From NCBI GenBank assembly GCA_041687695.1, contig JAWLBL010000016.1:1-64000 (forward strand): DNA of 64,000 nt, read 5' to 3'. Each line of letters opens with the position of its first letter. Position 1 is the first letter of the stretch. The DNA comes from Myxococcota bacterium (GTDB lineage Bacteria > Myxococcota_A > UBA9042 > PHBI01 > JAWLBL01). Below the pieces are notes generated by a model. It was not told where the DNA came from. It saw only the letters and a program-made list of their open reading frames with translations, and ran no database searches. Shown here piece by piece: positions 43,994 to 54,245 of the stretch. Position numbers and translations under genes: made by a program.

Positions 43994-45769
43994 ATGCGTA
44001 CGATCCGTCACAGCTTCGCCGCGGCGCTCGTGACCGCGCTGCTCGTCGCGCCTGCGGCGCACGCCCAGGTCCCCGGGACCCTGGTCCACCAGGGCCGCCT
44101 GCTCGACGCGAGCGGCGTCGGTCTCAACGGCATCAAGCCGCTGGTCTTCAAGATCTACGACCAGGAGACCGGGGGCGACCCGCTGTACACCGAGACGCGC
44201 AACGCCAAGCTCTCCAACGGCTTCTACACCGAGACCCTGGGCCAGGGAGGCGACGCGCCGATCGACCCGGCGCTGCTGACGTCGGGGACCCTGTGGCTCG
44301 AGCTGACGGTCAATGGGCAGGCGCTGACGCCGCGTCACCGCATCGAGAGCGTCCCCTACGCGATCCTCGCCAACACGGCGGTCAACGTGGACGGCGGGTA
44401 CGTGGACGCGACCAGCATCAGCATCAACGGCACCCCGATCGTCGACGAGGCCGGCCAGTGGGTCGGCTCGGGCGGCCCCGGGGGCGGCACCCTGGACGCG
44501 CTCGCGTGCTCGGTGGGGCAGGTGCCCAAGTGGGTCGGGGGCGAGACCGGCTGGGCGTGCGGCGACGACGTCGACACCGACACCGACACCGATACCGACA
44601 CGCTGGCGGCCCTGGCCGAGGAGTGCACGCTGGGGCAACACCCGGCGTTCAACGCCATGACGGGGCAGTGGGTGTGCTGGGATTGGGAGAACCCGCTGGA
44701 ACAGATCGGGTGCGAGCTCGGCGAGGTCTTGATGTCACACCCCGATGGCTGGGGCTGTGGTGCGATCGCGCCCGCGACCGACACCCTGGCCACGTTGCCC
44801 TGTGGTCCGCAGCAGGTCGCCAAGTGGGAGACGACCGGCTGGGAGTGCGCCGCGGACGCAGACACGCTGGGTCTGTTGGGCTGCCCACCGGGCCACTTTC
44901 CGGTGCGGGGCGAGAGCGATTGGACGTGCGTGGAGTACGACGCGACCGAGCTGCTCGAGGACCTCGCGTCCAGCTGTCCGGATGGGTCGGTGCTGCGCTG
45001 GCAGACCGACCCGGGGTTCTGGACCTGCAGCCCGGACCAGGACAGCTTCGCCTGGATGGCGTGCCAGGACGGGGATCTGATGAGGTTTCAAGACGGCGGC
45101 TGGCAGTGCTCGATCCAGGACGCCGACACGCTCGCCGTCACGTTCTGCCCGGAAGGCTGGGTCTTGAAGTCGCAGCCGCAGGACGCCATCAAGCCCTGGG
45201 ACTGCGCACCGGACGAGGACCAGGACACCCTCGGCAAGCTCAAGTGCGGGCCCACCGAGCGCGCCGGCTGGGACGAGGTGGAGGGCCTGTTCACCTGCGT
45301 CGAGGACCGCGACACGTTGGCCAAGACGCCGTGCAGCGACGGCAACATCCTGCGCTTCGACAACGGCCAGAAGAAGTGGGTCTGCAGCAACGACATCGAC
45401 ACCAACACGGATCTGTTGGCCACCCTCGGCTGCGGCGAAGGGCGCATCCCCAAGCGGTACGATGGCGTCTGGGAGTGTCATCTGGACGAGGTCCGCACCG
45501 ACGCCGAGATCCGGCAGGCCGTCTCGGCCCAGCCGATCGCGCTGCAGGCGGGCTCGACCGTGGGCGGGGTGGTGCTGGGCGCCGGTGTGCCGGTGGGCAC
45601 CCGGATCGTCTGGTGGGACACCTTCGGCAACCAGGCCTTCCCGCCGGGCTACCTGCCGGCGGGCGCGCTGGTCGAAGACCCCAACAGCCCGCTCTACAAC
45701 CGGACGCTGCCCGAAGCCGGCGAGGCCCCGCCCTCCGAGCACTACGTCCTGTACAAGGTCCTGGACTGA
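43994..45769 (+). CDS. Secreted phage-tail-fibre-like adhesin
   Basis: Signal peptide; QGRL...FKIYD...SVPYA N-domain; 11 C..G...W.C repeats; tail-collar-like C-terminus. Confidence 0.65.
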   Translation: MRTIRHSFAAALVTALLVAPAAHAQVPGTLVHQGRLLDASGVGLNGIKPLVFKIYDQETGGDPLYTETRNAKLSNGFYTETLGQGGDAPIDPALLTSGTLWLELTVNGQALTPRHRIESVPYAILANTAVNVDGGYVDATSISINGTPIVDEAGQWVGSGGPGGGTLDALACSVGQVPKWVGGETGWACGDDVDTDTDTDTDTLAALAEECTLGQHPAFNAMTGQWVCWDWENPLEQIGCELGEVLMSHPDGWGCGAIAPATDTLATLPCGPQQVAKWETTGWECAADADTLGLLGCPPGHFPVRGESDWTCVEYDATELLEDLASSCPDGSVLRWQTDPGFWTCSPDQDSFAWMACQDGDLMRFQDGGWQCSIQDADTLAVTFCPEGWVLKSQPQDAIKPWDCAPDEDQDTLGKLKCGPTERAGWDEVEGLFTCVEDRDTLAKTPCSDGNILRFDNGQKKWVCSNDIDTNTDLLATLGCGEGRIPKRYDGVWECHLDEVRTDAEIRQAVSAQPIALQAGSTVGGVVLGAGVPVGTRIVWWDTFGNQAFPPGYLPAGALVEDPNSPLYNRTLPEAGEAPPSEHYVLYKVLD

Positions 45770-45887
45770 ACGCTCGCGGTGCCCCGGCGCCCCGGCTTGA
45801 CGATGGCCGGGGTGACGGGCTACTCCATCCGGCATCACGGCCCGGGCCCCCACCACGCGCCCTCCAACCGCCGTCCAGAGGAACCCC

Positions 45888-48092
45888 ATGATGCTCGAGC
45901 CCGCCCTCCTCGTCGCCATCGGCGCAGGCATCCTGACCGTCGCCACCATCGGCATCATCCTGGCCAAGTTCCACCGCAAGGTGAACCAGGGCCAGGCGCT
46001 GATCGTGAACAAGATGTCCGGCGAGCCGGTAGTGACCTTCACCGGCGCGAACGTGCTGCCCATCATCTACCGCGCCGAGGTGATGGACATCTCGCTCAAG
46101 ACCATCGAGCTCGAGCGCCGCGGCAAGGAGGGGCTCATCTGCCGCGACAACATCCGCGCGGACATCAAGGTCACCTTCTTCGTGCGGGTGAACAAGACGG
46201 CGGAGGACGTGCTGAAGGTCGCCCAGGCCATCGGGTGCGCCCGCGCCTCGGACCAGCGGACGCTCGAAGAGCTGTTCATGGCCAAGTTCTCCGAGGCCTT
46301 GAAGACCGTCGGCAAGCGGCTCGAGTTCGTCGAGCTGTACGAGAAGCGCGACGAGTTCAAGGACGAGATCATCAAGGTCATCGGCCAGGATCTGAACGGC
46401 TACGTGCTCGAGGACGCGGCCATCGACTTCCTCGAGCAGACGCCGCTCGAGAGCCTGGACAAGGACAACATCCTCGACGCGCAGGGCATCAAGAAGATCA
46501 CCGAGCTGACGGCCGTGCAGGCGATCCTGACCAACGACTTCAAGCAGCAGGAGCGCAAGGCCATCAAGAAGCAGGACGTCGAGGCGGAGGAGACGATCCT
46601 GGAGCTCGAGCGGCAGCAGGCGGACGCCGAGGCCAAGCAGAAGCGCGAGATCGCGACCATCCGGGCGCGCGAGGAGGCCGAGGTCCTGCGGGTGCAGAAC
46701 GAGGAGCGGGCCAAGGCGGAGCTGGCGCGCATCAAGGCCGAGGAGGAGGTCCACGTCTCGGAGCAGAACAAGGCGCGGCAGATCGAGGTCGCGCAGAAGA
46801 ACCGGCAGCGCGTGGTCGGCATCGAGACGGAGCGGGTCGAGAAGGACCGGGCGCTCGAGGCCATCGCGCGCGAGCGGGAGGTCGAGCTGCAGCGCATCCA
46901 GAAGGAGAAGGAGCTGGAGGTGCAGCGCAAGGAGATCGCGGACATCGTGCGGACGCGCATCTCGGTCGAGAAGACGGTGGCGGTCGAGGAGGAGACCATC
47001 AAGGATCTGCGGGCGACGGCCGAGGCCAAGCGCCACAAGGACGTGACCATCATCGCGGCCGAGGCCGAGGCGCAGCAGGATCTGGTCAAGAGCATCAAGG
47101 CGGCCGAGGCCAGCGAGGAGGCGGCCAAGTTCAAGGCGCGCGAGCGGCTGACCATCGCGGACGCCGAGCTCGAGGCGGCCGACAAGCACGCGAAGGCGAA
47201 GATCCGGCTGTCCGAGGGCATCCAGGCCGAGACGGCGGCGTCGGGGCTGGCGCAGGTGCGGGTCAAGGAGGCCGACGCGGTGGCCAGCGAGAAGCAGGGA
47301 ATGGCGCAGGCGCGGGTCAAGCTCGAGCAGATGCAGGCCGAGGCGTCGGGGCTCGAGAAGCAGGGCCTGGCCAAGGTGAAGGTGCAGGAGGCCGAGGCGG
47401 ACGCCATCCAGAAGAAGGGTCTGGCCGAGGCGACGGTGGCCAAGGAGCTGATGCTGAGCGAGGCGGCCGGCGCGCAGGAGCGGGGCCTCGCCGAGGTGCG
47501 GGTCGAGGAGGCCAAGGCGGCGGCGATCGAGAAGCGCGGCGAGGCCGAGGCGAAGGCGATCAGGGACAAGCTGGTCGCCGAGGCGGCGGGTCTGGCCGAG
47601 AAGGCGACGGCGATGAAGGCGCTGGACGGGGTGGGGCGCGAGCACGAGGAGTTCCGCCTCAAGCTCGAGCAGCAGAAGGACATCGCCCTGGCGCAGATCC
47701 GGGCGCGCCAGGAGATCGCGCGGGCGCAGGCCGAGATCCTGCGCGAGGCCTTCGGACACGCGAAGATCAACATCGTGGGCGGCGATGGGCAGTTCTTCGA
47801 CCGCTTCATCAAGTCGATCTCGCTGGGCCAGTCCATCGACGGGCTGGTCGACCAGAGCGAGGCGGTGCAGAAGATCTTCGGCGGCTACCTGTCGGGTGAG
47901 CAGAGCCTGACGGGGGATCTCAAGGACGTGCTGTCGCGGCCGGCGCTGTCGAGCGACGCGGTGAAGGACCTGACCATCACGGCGCTGCTGTCCAAGCTGA
48001 TGGTCGGCGCCGACGAGCCCGTGAGGGACAAGATCATGAAGCTCATCGGGCAGGCCAAGGCGCTCGGCATCGACTCGATCGCGGCAGGCTGA
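45888..48092 (+). CDS. Flotillin-like SPFH protein (YqiK-like)
   Basis: N-terminal TM, GLICRDNIRADIKVTFFVRV SPFH region, long AEA-rich coiled coil. Confidence 0.88.
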   Translation: MMLEPALLVAIGAGILTVATIGIILAKFHRKVNQGQALIVNKMSGEPVVTFTGANVLPIIYRAEVMDISLKTIELERRGKEGLICRDNIRADIKVTFFVRVNKTAEDVLKVAQAIGCARASDQRTLEELFMAKFSEALKTVGKRLEFVELYEKRDEFKDEIIKVIGQDLNGYVLEDAAIDFLEQTPLESLDKDNILDAQGIKKITELTAVQAILTNDFKQQERKAIKKQDVEAEETILELERQQADAEAKQKREIATIRAREEAEVLRVQNEERAKAELARIKAEEEVHVSEQNKARQIEVAQKNRQRVVGIETERVEKDRALEAIAREREVELQRIQKEKELEVQRKEIADIVRTRISVEKTVAVEEETIKDLRATAEAKRHKDVTIIAAEAEAQQDLVKSIKAAEASEEAAKFKARERLTIADAELEAADKHAKAKIRLSEGIQAETAASGLAQVRVKEADAVASEKQGMAQARVKLEQMQAEASGLEKQGLAKVKVQEAEADAIQKKGLAEATVAKELMLSEAAGAQERGLAEVRVEEAKAAAIEKRGEAEAKAIRDKLVAEAAGLAEKATAMKALDGVGREHEEFRLKLEQQKDIALAQIRARQEIARAQAEILREAFGHAKINIVGGDGQFFDRFIKSISLGQSIDGLVDQSEAVQKIFGGYLSGEQSLTGDLKDVLSRPALSSDAVKDLTITALLSKLMVGADEPVRDKIMKLIGQAKALGIDSIAAG

Positions 48093-48096
48093 CGGG

Positions 48097-51000
48097 GTGG
48101 CCGCCGCCGCGCCCAGCGCGAAGGTCGCGGCCTCGGCGGCGAGCGCCGAGGTCGACACCGGCAACTACGAGGTCATCCGGGGGCGCCTCGGCGCCCTCGC
48201 GAAGGAGCTCGGCGCCAAGGCCGAGGCGCTCAACGCGCGCCGCAAGGAGGTCTTCGGCGGCACCGAGCTGACGGTCGTCGGCAACGAGCGCGTCCGGACC
48301 GAGCACAACTGCGTCCCGCGCGACATCGTCAACGCCGGCGGGCACCTGCTGTTCGGCTTCAACGTCTTCTTGGGCCTGAAGACGGAGACGCGCATCGAGG
48401 ACGTCTTCGGGCTGTACCGGCTGGGCCGCACCGAGCAGGGCTGGGATCTGGAGGCCGAGCCGTTCGGCGCGCTGCCGGGGTTCCTGGACCACCCGAACTT
48501 CGTCAAGGAGTTCCGCGAGCTCGTCAACTACTACAAGGACGCGCGGCTGATGCAGCTGCGCGCCAGCGAGACGCGGCTGCTGGCGGTGTTCCAGACCGGC
48601 AACTCGCCCAAGGACATCCGCGTCTTCCGCTGGGGCCTGGACCCCAAGCGCCGCCCGACCTACCTCGACAACCGTGGCGAGCGCGACCACGTCTACCCGC
48701 CCTCGCACGACTTCACCTGGACCGCGACGACCCGCGAGCAGCACGTCCAGGGGCGCCATCCGCACATCAACCTCCTCGACCAGGTCTTCGTCGAGACCGT
48801 CGGCGGTGACCTGACGGTCAAGGTCGAGGACAACACCGAGGAGGGCCAGGGCGTCTACAGCGAGCCGGTCGACGACGCGAACCAGTCGCTCGACGACGCG
48901 CAGGTCTACTACGCCCGGGTCGGGACGCTCATCCTGCTGAAGGTGCTGCCCTACCGCGAGCAGGTCTGGCGCCATCTGGTCTTCAACACGCGCACCCACC
49001 ACGTGGTGCGCATCGACGCCATCGGCCAGGCCTGCGTCCAGCTGCCCGAGGACCACGGCATCATCTTCCCCGGCGGCTACTACCTGCAGTCGGGCGACTT
49101 CAAGGTCTTCGACGGCGACCTGTCGGACCTCGAGTTCAAGCGCATGCTGCGCTCGCCCAACGGCGAGGACGTCCTGTACGTCTTCCACCGCCGGGTCGAG
49201 GGCAGCTACGTGCTGTTCCCGTACAACCTCATCGACAAGCAGATCCGCACGGCCATCCACGCGCACGGCTACTCGCTGTTCGATGACGGGACCCTGGTCA
49301 TCTTCCGCAACACGGGCAGCGAGCCGACCCGCGTCCACCCGCTGCAGATCTGGCAGACCCCCTTCACGTCCGCCGAGTTCCACGCCGCCGTCCCGACCGA
49401 CGGGTCGTTCCTGTCCAAGGTCGGCAACGCCGATCTGGTCCGCGGCATCTCGGACGTCCTCAGCGTCCGGCGGCTCATCGAGCAGGACAGCCCCAACCGG
49501 CAGATCTACGAGGACCTCATCGCCGCGGCGACGCGCGTGATGGACGCCTACTACTGGCTGGGCAGCGACGAGGTCGGTGATCTCGCGACCTCGCTCAAGG
49601 CGGTGCGCCAAAACGCCGAGCTCATCGTCGACGAGTTCGAGAAGGTCCTGGTGCTGCGGCAGCGGGCCGCCGAGGCCCTGGCCGAGGCCGCCGAGGCCAA
49701 GCTGGTCCTCGAGCGGGATCTGCGCCCCGAGGGGTGGCGCTCGGTCGAGCCGTTCATGAACGCGCTGGCGGCCATCCGCTCGCAGCGCGGGCACGTCATC
49801 ACGCTCGGCGAGGTGCGCTACATCGATCGGGACCAGCTGGGACGCCTCGAGGCCGAGCTGGTCGCGCACTTCGACCGCGTGTCGAAGGCAGCGGTCGAGT
49901 TCCTGCTGCGCGACGACGCCCTGCAGCCGCTGGCCGAGCAGCTCGAGGGCCTGCTGGGGCGCATCGAGGGGGTGCAGAAGACGCCGGACGTGCCGCCGCT
50001 GCGTGAGCAGCTCGAGCGCACGAGCGAGGGGCTGAACGTCCTGACCGAGGTGGTCGGCGCGCTCGAGATCGAGGACCCGAGCGCGCGCACGCGCATCCTC
50101 GAAGGCATCAGCGAGCTGTTCGGGCAGGTCAACCGCGTCCGCGCGACCCTCGAGCGGCGCCGCAAGGAGCTGGCCACGGCCGAGGGGCGCGCCGAGTTCG
50201 CCGCGCAGTTCCGGCTGTTCTCGCAGGCGGTCTCGAGCGCCCTGACCATCGCCGACACGCCGGAGCGCTGTGACGAGCAGCTCTCGCGCCTGATGGTGCA
50301 GCTCGAGGAGCTCGAGGGCCGCTTCGGCGAGCTGGACGCCTTCATCAGCGATCTGGCGACCAAGCGCGAAGAGGTCTACGAGGCCTTCGAGGCCAAAAAG
50401 CAGGCCCTGCTCGACGAGCGCCAGCGCCGGGCGTCCAGCCTGTTCGACGCCGCCGATCGCATCCTGCAGGGGATCGCGCGGCGCGCCCGCGGCTTCAAGA
50501 CCGCCGACGAGCTGAACGCCTACTTCGCCTCGGACGCGATGGTCGCCAAGCTGCGGCAGATCGCCGAGCAGCTGCTGGCCCTGGGTGACAGCGTCAAGGC
50601 CGACGAGCTCGGGTCGCGCCTGAAGTCGACGCGGCAGGAGGCGGCCCGCGCGCTGCGCGACAAGTCCGAGCTGTTCGACGGCGACGACGCGGTCATCAAG
50701 CTGGGGCGGCACCGGTTCAACGTCAACACGCAGCCGCTCGAGCTGACGATGGTGCCGCGTGGCGACCGCATGGCGCTGCACCTGACCGGCACCGACTACT
50801 ACGAGCTCATCGAGGACGCGGCTTTCGAGGCGACGCGTGACTTCTGGTCGCAGCAGGTCGTCAGCGAGACGCCCGAGGTCTATCGCGGCGAGTACCTGGC
50901 GGCGACCCTGCTGTTCGACGCCGTGGCGGGCCAGGGCGGGGCGTCGCTCCAGAGGCTGCACGAGGCGGCGCGGGCGCCCGGAGGCCTGGCCGAGCTGGTG

Positions 51001-53430
51001 CGCGCCGCCGCGGCCAGCCGCTACGACGAGGGCTACGAGCGCGGGCTGCACGACGCGGACGCGACGCTGATCCTGGAGAAGCTGCTGAGCCTGTGGGACA
51101 CGGCGGGGCTGCTGCGCTTCTCGGCGCCCGCGCGGGCGCTGGGCTGCCTGTTCTGGGCCTTCGCGCCCCATGAGAGCGAGCTGAGCGCCGCCTGCGCCGC
51201 CTGGCATCGACGCGCGACCAGCTATGGGCGGCTGCGCGCGGCCTTCGGGCAGGGGGCGCCGCTGCGGGCGTTGGGCGGCGAGCTGGGGCGGGCGATCGCC
51301 GAATTTGCTGCGGCGCACCATATCGCGTGCGATGTGACGACCGCCGGGCTGGCGGGGCAGTACCTGGCCGAGGAGCTGACCGCCGAAGCGCCGCGTTTCG
51401 TGAGCAGCGCCGACGCAGATCGGCTGGTGCATCTGCTGGTCGAGGCGCTGGACCGCGCCGGCGAGCGCGCGGCGTTCGAGGCCGACCTGACGGTGCTGGA
51501 GGGGCGGCACGCGGCCCGGTTGGCGCTGGCGCGCGAGTGGCTGGCGGGGTTCGTGGCGTCGAGCCAGGACGAGCGGGTGACGGTGCTGCACGCGGCCATC
51601 GAGGAGGCGGCGACGCTGCTGGTCACCGCCGAGCGCCTGGACCGTCAGACCTCGGCAGCGCGCGGCTCGGCCGAGGTGACGGGCCTGCTCGGGCAGCACC
51701 CGCGCATCGCCGAGCGCAAGATGACGCTGCGCCTCGACGAGGTGCTGGCGCGGCTGACCGCCTTCGTCTCGGAGCGGGTTCCGGGGTACCGCGCCTATCG
51801 CGTGACGGTGCGCGAGCTGCTCGAGCGCGAGCGGGCGCGGCTGCGCCTCGACGAGCTGATGCCGCGGGTCCTCAGCTCGTTCGTGCGCAATCGCCTCATC
51901 AACGAGGTCTACCTGCCGATCCTGGGTGACAACCTGGCCAAGCAGATCGGCGCGGTGGGCGACGCCAAGCGGACCGATTTGAACGGCCTGCTGCTGCTCA
52001 TCTCGCCGCCCGGCTACGGCAAGACGACGCTGATGGAGTACGTCGCCAGCCGACTGGGGCTGGTCTTCGTCAAGGTCAACGGCCCGGCGCTGGGGCACGG
52101 CGTGACCTCCATCGACCCGGCCGAGGCGCCGAACGCGACGAGCCGGCAAGAGGTCGACAAGATCAACCTGGCGCTCGAGATGGGCAACAACGTGATGCTC
52201 TATCTCGACGACATCCAGCACACCCACCCGGAGCTGTTGCAGAAGTTCATCAGCCTGTGCGACGGGCAGCGGCGCATCGAGGGCGTCTGGAAGGGCAAGA
52301 CGCGCACCTACGATCTGCGCGGCAAGAAGTTCTGCGTGGTGATGGCGGGCAACCCGTACACCGAGTCGGGCGACAAGTTCCAGATCCCCGACATGCTGGC
52401 CAACCGCGCCGACACCTACAACCTGGGTGACATCCTGGACGGCAAGGCCGACGCCTTCGCCCTGAGCTACATCGAAAACGCCCTGACCTCGAACCCGACG
52501 CTGGCGCCGCTGGCGGGGCGCGACCAGCAGGACGTCTACAAGCTCATCAAGATGGCGCGCGGCGAGCAGGTCGCGACGACCGAGCTGTCCTACGGGTACT
52601 CGGCGGTCGAGCTGAACGAGCTGCGCGCGACCTTCCAGCACCTCTTCGCGGTGCAGGAGGTCCTGCTGAAGGTCAACCTGCAGTACATCGCCTCGGCCAG
52701 CCAGGACGACGCCTACCGCACCGAGCCGCCCTTCAAGCTGCAGGGCAGCTACCGCAACATGGCCAAGCTGGCTGCCAAGGTCGCCCCGGCGATGAACCCG
52801 GACGAGCTGCAGGCCCTCATCGACGACCACTATGTCGGCGAGGCCCAGACCCTGACCACGGGCGCCGAGGCCAACCTGCTGAAGCTGGCCGAGCTGCGCG
52901 GGCGCTCGACCCCCGAGCAGGCCGCCCGTTGGGCCGAGATCAAGAAGGGGTTCGCCCGCGTGCAGCTGATGGGCGGCAAGGAGGACGATCCGGTCACCCG
53001 CGTCACCGGCCAGCTGTCGGCGCTGTCGGACCAGGTCTCGCTGCTGCGCGACGCGCTGATCGCCGCGCTGCGGGATGCTGCGGTGCACAAAACGGCCGGG
53101 GCGGCCTTCGACCCGAGCAGCCTCGAGCCGGTCGTCGCCCGCCTGGACCAGGCGCTGCGCCAGCTGGCCACGCCTCAGCTGGACGTGAACGTCACCACGC
53201 CGCCGCTGGACGTTGGGCGTCTGTCGGCGCTCATCGACGCGCAGGTGCAGGCGATCCAACAGACGCTCTTGCCCATCGCCCACTCGGCGGCCCGCAACCT
53301 CGAGACCGGCCAGGACATCGGCCGCCGCCTGACCATCCTGGTCGACCAGCTGCTGGGCGAGCAGCAGCGCCGCGCGACCGTGCCGACGCCGACGGGCGCG
53401 CCCAAGCCGAGGGTGAAGCCGCAGCCGTGA
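48097..53430 (+). CDS. Giant AAA+ ATPase ('DNA repair ATPase', DUF3686-type)
   Basis: GNYEVIRGRL/NCVPRDIV N-domain, coiled coil, Walker A SPPGYGKT, Walker B MLYLDD, MAGN, LANR. Confidence 0.85.
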   Translation: MAAAAPSAKVAASAASAEVDTGNYEVIRGRLGALAKELGAKAEALNARRKEVFGGTELTVVGNERVRTEHNCVPRDIVNAGGHLLFGFNVFLGLKTETRIEDVFGLYRLGRTEQGWDLEAEPFGALPGFLDHPNFVKEFRELVNYYKDARLMQLRASETRLLAVFQTGNSPKDIRVFRWGLDPKRRPTYLDNRGERDHVYPPSHDFTWTATTREQHVQGRHPHINLLDQVFVETVGGDLTVKVEDNTEEGQGVYSEPVDDANQSLDDAQVYYARVGTLILLKVLPYREQVWRHLVFNTRTHHVVRIDAIGQACVQLPEDHGIIFPGGYYLQSGDFKVFDGDLSDLEFKRMLRSPNGEDVLYVFHRRVEGSYVLFPYNLIDKQIRTAIHAHGYSLFDDGTLVIFRNTGSEPTRVHPLQIWQTPFTSAEFHAAVPTDGSFLSKVGNADLVRGISDVLSVRRLIEQDSPNRQIYEDLIAAATRVMDAYYWLGSDEVGDLATSLKAVRQNAELIVDEFEKVLVLRQRAAEALAEAAEAKLVLERDLRPEGWRSVEPFMNALAAIRSQRGHVITLGEVRYIDRDQLGRLEAELVAHFDRVSKAAVEFLLRDDALQPLAEQLEGLLGRIEGVQKTPDVPPLREQLERTSEGLNVLTEVVGALEIEDPSARTRILEGISELFGQVNRVRATLERRRKELATAEGRAEFAAQFRLFSQAVSSALTIADTPERCDEQLSRLMVQLEELEGRFGELDAFISDLATKREEVYEAFEAKKQALLDERQRRASSLFDAADRILQGIARRARGFKTADELNAYFASDAMVAKLRQIAEQLLALGDSVKADELGSRLKSTRQEAARALRDKSELFDGDDAVIKLGRHRFNVNTQPLELTMVPRGDRMALHLTGTDYYELIEDAAFEATRDFWSQQVVSETPEVYRGEYLAATLLFDAVAGQGGASLQRLHEAARAPGGLAELVRAAAASRYDEGYERGLHDADATLILEKLLSLWDTAGLLRFSAPARALGCLFWAFAPHESELSAACAAWHRRATSYGRLRAAFGQGAPLRALGGELGRAIAEFAAAHHIACDVTTAGLAGQYLAEELTAEAPRFVSSADADRLVHLLVEALDRAGERAAFEADLTVLEGRHAARLALAREWLAGFVASSQDERVTVLHAAIEEAATLLVTAERLDRQTSAARGSAEVTGLLGQHPRIAERKMTLRLDEVLARLTAFVSERVPGYRAYRVTVRELLERERARLRLDELMPRVLSSFVRNRLINEVYLPILGDNLAKQIGAVGDAKRTDLNGLLLLISPPGYGKTTLMEYVASRLGLVFVKVNGPALGHGVTSIDPAEAPNATSRQEVDKINLALEMGNNVMLYLDDIQHTHPELLQKFISLCDGQRRIEGVWKGKTRTYDLRGKKFCVVMAGNPYTESGDKFQIPDMLANRADTYNLGDILDGKADAFALSYIENALTSNPTLAPLAGRDQQDVYKLIKMARGEQVATTELSYGYSAVELNELRATFQHLFAVQEVLLKVNLQYIASASQDDAYRTEPPFKLQGSYRNMAKLAAKVAPAMNPDELQALIDDHYVGEAQTLTTGAEANLLKLAELRGRSTPEQAARWAEIKKGFARVQLMGGKEDDPVTRVTGQLSALSDQVSLLRDALIAALRDAAVHKTAGAAFDPSSLEPVVARLDQALRQLATPQLDVNVTTPPLDVGRLSALIDAQVQAIQQTLLPIAHSAARNLETGQDIGRRLTILVDQLLGEQQRRATVPTPTGAPKPRVKPQP

Positions 53431-53494
53431 GACGCGGGTCGGCCGAATGGGGCCGGCGCGCGGGCGCCATGGGGCGTCATCTGGGGGGGACGCG

Positions 53495-54058
53495 ATGCGA
53501 CAGCGCCTCGTCGGCTTCGACACGCGGGTGGCCATCGAGCAGGCGGCTGTAGATTGGCAGGACGCGGAGCGACGCAGGCGCTATCTGTTGCGCGACGTGC
53601 GCCGGCCGTTGTCCATCGACGAGGCGGTGTGGCTGCGGCGGGACACGTCATGCGTGCCGGGGCTCGGAATCCGGATCGAGACGCCGCGGTCTTGGCGTCT
53701 GGCTGACGCGCTGGCGGAGGCCACCGACCAGGAGACCGTCGTCGCCTTCAGCGTGCTCGTGGGCCCCAGGGAGCCCGAGTTCATGCCGTGGCTGACGCCG
53801 CCCGAGCTGAGCTCGATCGATGCGCGATGGGAGTTCCTGGGCTGGGACATCGCCGAGAACGCCTTCCCCAGCGCGCTGACCAACTGCGGGTACGAGCCCG
53901 ACGAGCGCGAGGCGTTGTCCGCGCGATTCGGCGCGGCGCTGAACGATCACCACCTCTTCGGTGAACTTGCGCCCGCCCTGGCCTGCCGGCGCGCTCAGGA
54001 GGCGCGGATCCTCGAGCATGGTCCGTGGGCCGTCTTGGGCCTTTATCGCGTGCGGTGA
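53495..54058 (+). CDS. Hypothetical protein
   Basis: Globular-looking ORF (LGWDI...LTNCG...LNDHHLF...EHGPW); less host-like codon usage. Confidence 0.6.
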   Translation: MRQRLVGFDTRVAIEQAAVDWQDAERRRRYLLRDVRRPLSIDEAVWLRRDTSCVPGLGIRIETPRSWRLADALAEATDQETVVAFSVLVGPREPEFMPWLTPPELSSIDARWEFLGWDIAENAFPSALTNCGYEPDEREALSARFGAALNDHHLFGELAPALACRRAQEARILEHGPWAVLGLYRVR

Positions 54059-54228
54059 GGCCTCTCATCCGCTCGATACTTCGGGAAGTGCCGGGCCAGC
54101 GGGGCGGTCGCCGATCGCATTCCGTGGCATGAGGTCAGCGCGCAGGGTCCGGGTGAGCACTTGTAAGTGGTTGAATTGATAGCCGTAAGGAGGTTGGGTC
54201 GATTTTTCTTGTGCCCGCCTCTTGATGC

Positions 54229-54245
54229 GTGAACGCTTGTTCAGG
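54229..54245 (+). promoter_or_regulatory. LexA (SOS) box within the HNH gene promoter
   Basis: GTGAACGCTTGTTCAGG matches 16/17 of the Myxococcus LexA consensus CTRHAMRYBYGTTCAGS (recalled); lies between TTGATG and CATGCT. Confidence 0.7.

Noticed and set aside
48043..53535. Very long antisense and alternative-frame ORFs (for example 1830 aa here, 1117 aa at 13383, 989 aa at 20956)
   Set aside because: Shadow ORFs expected from extreme GC3 bias opposite or overlapping real genes.
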